Shown: piece after piece, positions 30,990 to 38,728 of the stretch
Position numbering within the stretch: the stretch's first letter is position 1
Layout: each line of letters opens with the position of its first letter
Source of the DNA: a virus
Direction: 5' to 3' (one strand)
Virus record (IMG/VR): IMGVR_UViG_3300017963_000201
Coordinates: 1 to 64,000 of that record
Length of the DNA: 64,000 nt
The notes under the pieces: generated by a model
Seen by the model: only the letters and a program-made list of their open reading frames with translations
The model's database searches: none
Told to the model about the DNA's origin: nothing
Position numbers and translations under genes: made by a program

Positions 30990-32115
30990 GTTTAGCGCCC
31001 TTCGGCTTTGCGTTTCTAGCCTCTTCCAAAGTATCATGGCGATCAGATTTTTTCTCTTCTACCATTTCCAAAAAGGCTTTTTCAAGCATCTCGGGCTTCA
31101 TACGTGCGCACTTTTGATCCCTACACTCCCAAAGACCCCTACTCTTAGTTTGTTTAGGATTCTTGTAACCCGCGTGCAAATCAAGTAAGGCACCCACAGG
31201 CCGATTGCAAGGGTAATCAACACAGCCACCACTATCAGAAATATTCTTGTGTATCGGGTAGCCAAAAAAATCAGGATCGGTATTTTGAAAAACAGTTATC
31301 ACAGGCTTCTCTAAGGCAGCGGCAGCGTGCATAAATAAGGACTCAATCACAATAGCTGTTTTTACCAAGGGGTGCTGGAACAAAGCAATGGTATCCCTCA
31401 AAGGCATACCTAAACAGTCAAAAGCACCCTCAATCCTCGTTTCGTACTCAAGACCTATTTGCAAAAAATTATACTTATCTTTATACTTCATCACCAAAGG
31501 ACTGACAATTTTAGGATCAAGATCCTTAAGTACATTGGTTTTTTGATACACTTTAATCATCCCCGATCCACCGCATTGGTTACAGGGACCTGGATTATTA
31601 GCAACACCACGACCTCCACACTTACCACAAGGCTTAGTCTGTACATCCCCATCCGAAGGAACTGCACCTTGAATATGTAGCAAAACAACAGGTTTCTTAT
31701 CCTGGCCCAATAACGTATCAGCCGCTCTTTTCTCATAGTCTGTGACATAATAATCCGGAGTACCATTATCAAAGTTCTCTTCAAAACCATACAGGCGGGC
31801 AATAAAGTGCGGAAGATTTTTAGCCCCATGGGCTGCATCATTCATAATATGATCATAGGGAAAAAACTTTTTAAAGTACCGTACCCTTTTATCTTTAACT
31901 TCTCTAGAAAAAAAATCCCCCACAGCATCCTGATCACCCAAAGATATTAATTTATCTATATTAGGGTTATGCCTAAGAACTCTTTCGTAAGTACATAAAA
32001 CTATAATCTCGTCTTCGGGATGTGTTTTCCGGGCAGATCTAATCATAGGAGTTGCCGCTATAACATCCCCACACCCACCCTGAACTAAAAGAATAATCTT
32101 TTGTCTATCTGACAT
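30979..32115 (-). CDS. GT9 (heptosyltransferase-like) glycosyltransferase with inserted DnaJ-type zinc finger
   Basis: GGCGDVIAATPMIR, FLQIG, IESLFMHAAAALEKP; internal CGKCGGRG...CNQCGGSG; GGAGG RBS before ATG 32115. Confidence 0.8.
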   Translation of the reverse strand: MSDRQKIILLVQGGCGDVIAATPMIRSARKTHPEDEIIVLCTYERVLRHNPNIDKLISLGDQDAVGDFFSREVKDKRVRYFKKFFPYDHIMNDAAHGAKNLPHFIARLYGFEENFDNGTPDYYVTDYEKRAADTLLGQDKKPVVLLHIQGAVPSDGDVQTKPCGKCGGRGVANNPGPCNQCGGSGMIKVYQKTNVLKDLDPKIVSPLVMKYKDKYNFLQIGLEYETRIEGAFDCLGMPLRDTIALFQHPLVKTAIVIESLFMHAAAALEKPVITVFQNTDPDFFGYPIHKNISDSGGCVDYPCNRPVGALLDLHAGYKNPKQTKSRGLWECRDQKCARMKPEMLEKAFLEMVEEKKSDRHDTLEEARNAKPKGAKHEF

Positions 32116-32148
32116 GTACCCTCCAAAGTGTAGTCTCTGAAGGGTATA

Positions 32149-32330
32149 ATACAAGAATACTAAGAATCCCATTCGAGACTTAAACTATGCTAAAATTGGT
32201 TAACACAGCTGCTCGATTCCTGCTCAACCAAGAGTTTCGTCTTCCCTTTGATGGAAAGACCAGCGCTCTCAGGGCAGCAGGCTGTCACCGCGTAGGTCGC
32301 GGCCAATTGTTTCAAATTTTCTGCAGCGTT
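32149..32330 (-). ncRNA. Predicted TnpB omega/reRNA (scaffold overlapping tnpB 3' end, guide from phage flank ~GATTCTTAGTATTCTTGTAT)
   Basis: Inferred from the known TnpB architecture; the element 3' end reads ...GAGCAGGAA...GTCTCGAATGG, resembling IS607-type right ends; 5' boundary is approximate. Confidence 0.5.
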
Positions 32331-33392
32331 CTCATCCCGGTCGTGCTTTGTCCCGCACTCACAAAACCAGTGGCGTTCGCTGAGGCTAAGCGCGTCGTAG
32401 ACAAGACCACAGGTCGAACAAGTTTTGCTCGAAGCGAACCAGCGGTTTGCTCGAACGACCGTTGTACCGGCAAACTTAGCTTTGTAGTTGAGCTGCCGTC
32501 CGACTTCGGCCATCGCGGCGTCCATTATGGACTTAGCGAGACGGCGATTCGCTACCATTCCTCTGATGTTCAAGTCTTCAATGCCGATCCAACGGAAACG
32601 TCGGACCAACTGCGCAGTCAATTTGTGCGTCACGTTCTTACGTACGTTGGTGCTTCGTTCGTACAGCCGCTGGAGCTTTGTTCTCGTCTTTTGCCAGTTC
32701 TTCCCTCCTTTGTGTCGACGAGACAACTCTTTGTTCAACATCCGCTGACGCTTTTCTATTTGACGCAACGCTCTAGGTGCTTCGATACGTTCTCCGGTCG
32801 AAAGAACGGCAAGGTTTACGACGCCCAAATCTACTCCGACAGCTGCTTGGGTTTCACAGCGGTGGGGATAAGACCAGCGGGCTTCGTCGACCTTGACCTG
32901 TACCGATACATACCAGTGCCCTGCGTGCTTAGAGAAGCGTGCAGAAAGGATGTTGCCCGGAAAGCGCAACGCTTGCCGGGTTCTAATCCATCCAATCTTT
33001 GGCACTTTGATTCGGAGTGCGTCAAACTGTATTGCTCTTCCCTCAATGCTAAAAGCAGGTTTTGTCCGCTTTTTACTTTTGAAACGCGGGTAACCGGGCT
33101 TTTCTCCGATTTTTACGCGCCGAAAAAAGTGCTGAAAAGCGTTGTTCAAATCTTGCAGAGCGCTATTGGGTACCGCCCAGGGAAGTTCTTTGAGCCAAAA
33201 CAGGTCGCTTCGTTTGCGCGCATTAACTTCGCGATTAATGCTTTGCCAGTTGGGCTTGCCGCCCGCTTTATATACCTGCTGCCAGCGATCCAAACCGAGA
33301 TTGTAAACAAAACGCGCCGCACCAGCAAACCGTTCCAGCTGCGTCATTTGCACGTTGTTCGGGTCGAGCCGAATCCGCTGTCCCAAAATCAT
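32190..33392 (-). CDS. tnpB: TnpB RNA-guided endonuclease
   Basis: HTH_OrfB start (RIRLDPN...ARFVYN), YPRFKSKK, RuvC-I GVDLG, RuvC-II IEDLN, Zn finger CSTCG..CECG, RuvC-III DRDENAA; catalytic D-E-D intact. Confidence 0.97.
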   Translation of the reverse strand: MILGQRIRLDPNNVQMTQLERFAGAARFVYNLGLDRWQQVYKAGGKPNWQSINREVNARKRSDLFWLKELPWAVPNSALQDLNNAFQHFFRRVKIGEKPGYPRFKSKKRTKPAFSIEGRAIQFDALRIKVPKIGWIRTRQALRFPGNILSARFSKHAGHWYVSVQVKVDEARWSYPHRCETQAAVGVDLGVVNLAVLSTGERIEAPRALRQIEKRQRMLNKELSRRHKGGKNWQKTRTKLQRLYERSTNVRKNVTHKLTAQLVRRFRWIGIEDLNIRGMVANRRLAKSIMDAAMAEVGRQLNYKAKFAGTTVVRANRWFASSKTCSTCGLVYDALSLSERHWFCECGTKHDRDENAAENLKQLAATYAVTACCPESAGLSIKGKTKLLVEQESSSCVNQF

Positions 33393-33544
33393 TTGGCGTT
33401 CATTGCCTTTCGTACGATCCGCCGAAGAATTTCGGATATCGACACGTCGTTGCGTTTGGCTTCAAGTCGCAGCCACGCCAAAAGCGGCGGGTCAAAGGAC
33501 AGTTTGATACTCGGCATTCGTTGTAGCTTTTTCGGAGCAGGCAT
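33389..33544 (-). CDS. Ribbon-helix-helix (CopG-like) protein, 51 aa, ATGA-coupled to tnpB
   Basis: Below the ORF track cutoff; translates MPAPKKLQRMPSIKLSFDPPLLAWLRLEAKRNDVSISEILRRIVRKAMNAK. Confidence 0.75.
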   Translation of the reverse strand: MPAPKKLQRMPSIKLSFDPPLLAWLRLEAKRNDVSISEILRRIVRKAMNAK

Positions 33545-33551
33545 GGTGGAG

Positions 33552-33580
33552 AGTATAGCTACGCCCAACGATTACGTCAA
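33552..33580 (-). promoter_or_regulatory. sigma70 promoter for RHH-tnpB (probably leaderless mRNA)
   Basis: TTGACG-17 nt-TATACT, with ATG 7 nt downstream. Confidence 0.75.
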
Positions 33581-33620
33581 GAGGCAACTTGATGGCTGTC
33601 TAGTTAACAAAGGATACACC

Positions 33621-35692
33621 GTGGAAAATACAAGCGAATTAAAATTTCGTCGGAAAGGTTGAATGGGATTATTGCCCATATTGACGCAGGCAAGACCACC
33701 GTAACCGAAAGGTTTTTGTACTATACGGGCGTGACTCATCGCATGGGAGAGGTCCACGATGGACAGGCCGTCATGGACTGGATGCCCCAGGAACAAGAAC
33801 GTGGTATTACCATTACCTCGGCGGTCACCGTGCTGCCCTGGCGCAAACATGAAATCCACCTCATCGACACACCGGGGCACGTGGATTTTACCGTTGAAGT
33901 CGAACGCAGCTTGCGAGTCCTCGACGCAGCGGTTGTGGTCTTTTGTGCCGTGGGAGGAGTCGAGCCCCAATCAGAGACAGTATGGCGACAAGCAGATCGC
34001 TACCAGATCCCCAGATTGGCCTTTATCAACAAAATGGATCGTGTCGGGGCAGACTACGAAGGTTGTGTCGAGCAAATGGTCGACAAGCTGGGCTGCGTTC
34101 CCATGCCAATCCAGATTCCCCTGGGAAAAGAAGAAAACCTCCAGGGAGTGGTCGATCTAGTCAGAATGGAGATATTGCGCTGGCATACTGAAGACCTTGG
34201 GGCCACCTTCGACCGCTCACCCCTCAATGACGACCCTGAAATTGCCGCCCTAGCCGCTCCGTGGAGAGACCGGCTGCTCGAGATTCTGGCGGATGACGAC
34301 GACCAAATCGCCGAGGCTTATCTTGCCGGAGATACCATTGCCACTGAAAAAATCATGGCCGCGGTTCGCAAGCAGTGCCTGTCCAACCGTGCGGTGCCGG
34401 TTTTGTGTGGCTCGGCCCTCAAGAACAAGGGAGTTCAACCCTTGCTCGATGCAGTCGTCGACTTTTTACCAGCGCCGGTGGAATTGCCTCCAGTCCAGGG
34501 GACCCATCCCCAGACCAAAGAACCGGTCGTCATGGAGCGTAATCGCAACGAGCCCTTTTCCGGCGTCGCGTTCAAGGTCCAACTCTGGGACGGACGCAAA
34601 CACACGTATCTACGCATCTACTCGGGCTCGCTGAGCGCCACTGACACGGTCTACAACCCGAACAAGGACGCCAATGAAAAAATAGCTCGCCTTCTGAAGC
34701 TGCACGCCGACAAGAAGTCCCGTATCCAACGGGCTGACGCAGGCGACATCGTGGGCGTCGTGGGGCTGAAAAAGGCGACAACCGGAGACACCCTGTGCAC
34801 CCGAGCCCATCCGGTCGTCTTTGGGCAAATGACGTTCATGACCCCAGTCATCTCCATGGCGGTGGAGGCCAAAACCAGCCGAGTGGAAGAAAAACTCAAA
34901 GAGGTCCTGGTAAAAATGGTCGAAGAAGACCCCACCTTTACCGTGACCCAGGATCCCGACACTGGGCAAACCATTTTGAGCGGTATGGGCGAGCTCCACC
35001 TCGAAATCATCTGTGATCGTCTGGAGCGAGAATTCCACGTTCCGGTCAATGTCGGCAAACCCCAGGTTGTCTATCGCGAGACCTTGTCACAGGCAACCGA
35101 AGCCTCGGAACGCTTCGAGAGAAAATTCGACGAGACAGCCAAGGCCAAAAACATGTTCGCTGGGATAACCCTCAAGGCCGAACCTCTAGGTCGGGGACTC
35201 GGTCTAAAGTTCACAAACACCATCGTCCGCCCCCCGGAAGCACCCCCGATTCCCGCAGACTTCATCCAGGCCGCAGAAGAAGGGGTCCGGGAGGCTGCTG
35301 GCGCCGGGCCGCAGTCAGGCTATCCCATCACCGACATAGCGGTCTCGCTCAAGGGCATCGAGTTCAAAGAGGGTGACACAACGCCCATTGCGGTTCACAT
35401 CGCCGCAGCGGGTGCTTTTCGGCGTGCCTGCGAAAAAGCCGGAACGGAGCTACTGCTTCCCATAATGGCGTTGGAAGCAGTGACGCCCGAAGATTTCACG
35501 GGGGCCGTTATTGGAGACATCAACTCACGGGGAGGCAAGGTCGAAGAGCTCGAGAAGAAAGCATCCAGGACCATCATCCGGGCCCAGGTTCCGATGACCA
35601 AGATGTTCGGCTATGCCACCAGCCTCCGTTCATTGACTGAAGGCCGGGGTACTTTTAGCATGCGGTTTCTCAAGTTTGATAGGGCGTCCTGA
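33621..35692 (+). pseudogene. fusA: Elongation factor G, host-like, 5' end split: GTG 33621 gives [13 protein letters not shown]-stop, and the body continues in the -1 frame from TTG 33659
   Basis: AAAGGA RBS before GTG 33621; body has [57 protein letters not shown]; conserved RNIG is replaced by CGG AAAGGTTGAAT GGG. Could still be expressed via the TTGA stop/start overlap. Confidence 0.85.
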
Positions 35693-35698
35693 CCGGGT

Positions 35699-35890
35699 AT
35701 GAGCAACCAGCCCCCAACCAGTAGCGAATCACGGTGTTACAGGGGCCTGGTCTTGTGGCTTGTGTTGGTCGCAGCCGGAATCCTAGGCATGCTTTTGGGG
35801 TTTTGGATAGGACGTCGGGCCGATTCGTCTTACCTCGAGCTTCAGGTTGTCTCCGATCGTATAAATACCAGACAAAAACGTCAAGAGTAA
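35699..35890 (+). pseudogene. 5' fragment of a single-pass membrane protein gene, truncated at the island border
   Basis: TM segment GLVLWLVLVAAGILGMLLGFWIG; GC-rich codons change abruptly to AT-rich sequence near 35855. Confidence 0.55.
35856..35884 (-). promoter_or_regulatory. sigma70 promoter firing leftward into the GC-rich island (antisense to fusA)
   Basis: TTGACG-17 nt-TACGAT. Confidence 0.65.
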
Positions 35891-36387
35891 TTATTTTAAA
35901 TTCCAATCTAACAAATTTATAAATATATCTTTTAGGCTATTATTATTACTAAAACACCTAATTATATTTTTAGTTAGTTTCAAAATTCTGGCATAAAACT
36001 TGCTTAAACTAAATAAAAATCTTACCAAAGAAAACGCGGATTCATACTGTGAATAAAGGGTGAAACGAGAAAAAGCCACTGACACAAAAAATTACACATA
36101 TATCAAACAACAAATCAAAGAATGGCATATTCTTTTGTACATTTAGGATTATAAGACCGATTTTTTTGATTAAATTTAAGTTATATAAAACAATGACATA
36201 AAAACACAAACAGAAATAATTCCGTAGTTGAACAAAAAACACAGGAATTTTTAGATTAAGGTTTGTATGGAGCACCTCAATAATTAAGGCATTTTTATCG
36301 AAAAAATACAAAAAAAATCCAGGGAATAATTCTCTATATATTACATAGTTATACCCCCATGTACGATTTAACTTGACAAAGTTTTTG
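35890..36387. other. AT-rich, A-tract-rich intergenic region at the strand divergence; candidate replication origin or control region
   Basis: No credible ORF, many A4-A8 tracts, phage gene orientation flips here. Confidence 0.45.
35989..36004 (+). promoter_or_regulatory. sigma54-type -24/-12 promoter
   Basis: TGGCATAAAACTTGCT = GG-N10-GC, close to TGGCAC-N5-TTGCW. Confidence 0.55.
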
Positions 36388-36987
36388 GCTTGCGATTTGC
36401 TACCTTTCTTGCAAGAAGCCGAACAGCGATAGCTGTTTGGATCGCGCAAGCACGGACCCCGTAAGGGGTTCGTGGACCTAACATTTGCCCCTTGCCTCTT
36501 ATGTTTTTATCATGCATGTTAAAAAATATACAAGCCATTTAGAGTATGCCATTCATGGTGGGTTTTAACCCACCATTAGAAGGCATTTAAATCAATTGAG
36601 GCCGAGCAGGTTGATACTGCTCGGGTGATAATTGGTTTGAATGACTTCTCTTTCGTTTGATATTTGATTTATGATTTGCAAAACATATCTTAAAACTTAG
36701 ATTTTGTCCTTGTAAGCAGAGATCTGTCTTTTTGGTAAATCAAAATATTCAGTAATAATTAATAAGTTAATGTTCTTTCAAAGGGGATGTGAATGGAACT
36801 ATAGTCTCATTTACCCTATCGGGTATGGGTGATGGTGCTACGCACCTATCACCCACCATTCGACTCGTTCCATCCACATCCGAAACATGAGAATAGGCAG
36901 AAGCCTGCACTCGTGCTTCGCTTATGCGAAGCACTCCTTTGTTCCTGCCTAGCTACCGGCTCAGAAAAAATCCGGTATTATATTCTC
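36388..36987. ncRNA. ~600 nt highly structured non-coding element (candidate large ncRNA or ssDNA origin hairpins)
   Basis: More than 10 stems including 36419-36440, 36451-36474, 36546-36586, 36587-36641, 36659-36750, 36785-36881, 36889-36987. Confidence 0.6.
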
Positions 36988-36988
36988 T

Positions 36989-37366
36989 ATGAAAACCATC
37001 ATTGCAGGATCCAGAAATATAGAAGACTATATTTTAGTCTGTGATGCTGTGGCAGAATCTAAGTTTACTATTACTGAGGTAGTATCTGGTAGTGCTAAGG
37101 GTATTGATCAACTTGGAGAACGTTGGGCAAAAGAGAATAATATACCTATTACTAAATTTCCTGCTGATTGGGAAAAGTATGCTAAGAAAGCAGGATATAT
37201 CCGTAATCAAAAAATGGCCAAGTATGCTGATCAATTAATCCTAGTTTGGGATGGATTTTCTCGTGGATCTAGTGGTATGCTTCGCACAGCTTATTTTTTA
37301 GGTTTGAAAGTCTATGTCAAACTTGTTAGTAAAGGAGGGCCATATGCCCAGAAAAAAGAAGGTTAG
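36989..37366 (+). CDS. SLOG/YspA-like (DUF2493) protein
   Basis: MKTIIAGSR, EVVSGSAKGID, ADWEKY.K.AG.IRN.KMA, WDG.SRG. Confidence 0.85.
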   Translation: MKTIIAGSRNIEDYILVCDAVAESKFTITEVVSGSAKGIDQLGERWAKENNIPITKFPADWEKYAKKAGYIRNQKMAKYADQLILVWDGFSRGSSGMLRTAYFLGLKVYVKLVSKGGPYAQKKEG

Positions 37367-37853
37367 GAAGGAACCCCTTAGTTACGATCCAATTAATGAT
37401 TACGTCGTAGACATGGCAAATCAGCTTATCGCTAAACACCATCCCCACCTTGCAGATGCTAAAATGGCATATCTTTGGCGCAATAAACCTTTGATGGAAT
37501 CTGGACAAGCGGTATTTGCTAAAGCCAAAAAAATCACAGGAGAGATGCACGCTCTTTGTGATAAAGAATTTTTGATCGTGATTGTCTACCCTATGTGGAA
37601 TGATTTAAAAGAAGAAGAAAAGTGGGCCATATTGGATCATGAACTTACTCATTGCTTTGTAGACGAAGACGAAGAAGGCGAACGAGTATGTAAGATCCTA
37701 CCCCATGACTTTAGTGATTTTGGAGAAATTATAGTCAGACATGGTTTATACGGGAATCTAAAAGTCATTGCTGAAGCTATGAAAATAAGAAAGCTAAAGA
37801 AAGAAACAAAAGTTACAAAAGCGGCTCAAGAAGAAGCACCGGCTCTACAGTGA
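37344..37853 (+). CDS. Putative phage metallopeptidase
   Basis: HHPHL, ILDHELTHC, PHDFSDF (HExxH). Confidence 0.75.
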   Translation: MPRKKKVRKEPLSYDPINDYVVDMANQLIAKHHPHLADAKMAYLWRNKPLMESGQAVFAKAKKITGEMHALCDKEFLIVIVYPMWNDLKEEEKWAILDHELTHCFVDEDEEGERVCKILPHDFSDFGEIIVRHGLYGNLKVIAEAMKIRKLKKETKVTKAAQEEAPALQ

Positions 37854-38677
37854 AACTTGTCCTAGCAGACTGCTTCGATCTTTGTAAGCGTATCCCTTCT
37901 GGTAAGATTAATCTTGTCTATGTGGATCCCCCATTCAACACAGGTAAAAAACAAAAAGGAGGGCGTATAAAGTTTACATCCTCTAACTCTGGATCTCGAA
38001 AAGGTTATGCTGGTAGAAAATACAAAACTGAAAGCATACCTGGCCCCTCATACCAAGACATCTACAAAGATTATATTTCTTATTGGGGGCCGAGATTTTT
38101 AGAGATGGCTCGAATATTAACTTCTAACGGATCTTTGTTTATTCATATTGATTACCGCCAAGCCCCTTACGTGCGGGTATTTCTTGATCAGCATCTTTAT
38201 TTTATGAACGAAATAATTTGGGCATACGACTATGGAGCACGCACAAAAAAGAGGTGGCCAGCAAAACACGATAATATACTTTGGTACGTAAAGGATCCTG
38301 CAAATTATGTTTTTAACTATTCGAAAATTGATCGGATACCTTACTTGGCTCCCAGCCTTCAAACTCCAGAACGAAGACAATTGGGAAAAACACCGACTAC
38401 CGTTTGGTGGGGTACCATTGTCCCAACCAATTCAAAAGAACGCACAGGATACCCAACCCAAAAACCAAGATGGCTACTAGAGCGGATTTTGAAGGTGCAT
38501 ACAAAGCCCCGAGATTGGGTCTGTGACCCTTGTGCTGGTTCAGGTACCCTAGGGGCTGTAGCTAGTTCCCTAGACCGTAGGTGCCTTCTCGGGGACTCTA
38601 GCGAAGAAGCAATAGAGTGTATGCAGAAAAGACTCTCTCAGTACAGTCCCCAAATCATTAAAATAGGCAAAAAATAA
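37850..38677 (+). CDS. DNA N6-adenine/N4-cytosine methyltransferase (beta class)
   Basis: VDPPFNT, YPTQKP, DPCAGSGT. Confidence 0.93.
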   Translation: MKLVLADCFDLCKRIPSGKINLVYVDPPFNTGKKQKGGRIKFTSSNSGSRKGYAGRKYKTESIPGPSYQDIYKDYISYWGPRFLEMARILTSNGSLFIHIDYRQAPYVRVFLDQHLYFMNEIIWAYDYGARTKKRWPAKHDNILWYVKDPANYVFNYSKIDRIPYLAPSLQTPERRQLGKTPTTVWWGTIVPTNSKERTGYPTQKPRWLLERILKVHTKPRDWVCDPCAGSGTLGAVASSLDRRCLLGDSSEEAIECMQKRLSQYSPQIIKIGKK

Positions 38678-38681
38678 AGGA

Positions 38682-38711
38682 TTGACATCTGTAACGCAAT
38701 AGTGTTACACT
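38682..38711 (+). promoter_or_regulatory. sigma70 promoter with overlapping palindromic operator
   Basis: TTGACA-18 nt-TACACT; TGTAAC (38690) / GTTACA (38704) inverted repeat. Confidence 0.7.
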
Positions 38712-38728
38712 CGCATTAGGAGGACGGT

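Larger units (their letters stand above)
32169..33600 (-). mobile_element. Non-autonomous IS607/IS605-type tnpB element (RHH + TnpB, no tnpA)
   Basis: Sharp GC rise near 32190, tnpB gene, putative right end GAATGG at 32174-32169; left boundary uncertain (may extend to ~35854). Confidence 0.7.

Noticed and set aside
33621-33662. Programmed -1 frameshift restoring full EF-G
   Set aside because: No canonical in-frame X XXY YYZ heptamer, and the shifted product would read RLNG rather than the conserved RNIG
33574-35887. 10 bp direct repeat ACGTCAAGAG (33574-33583 and 35878-35887) flanking fusA as a target-site duplication
   Set aside because: Both copies coincide with the -35 box (TTGACG) of - strand promoters, so shared promoter sequence explains them; it is not excluded as a recombination point
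36042-36449. 135 aa - strand ORF, and the 71 aa ORF at 36829-37044
   Set aside because: Low-complexity translation of A-tracts or hairpin DNA, no RBS, no recognisable motifs
36783-36881. tRNA or tmRNA (GGGGATGT start, TTCGACTC)
   Set aside because: No cloverleaf, T-stem or CCA end; the segment folds as a long branched hairpin
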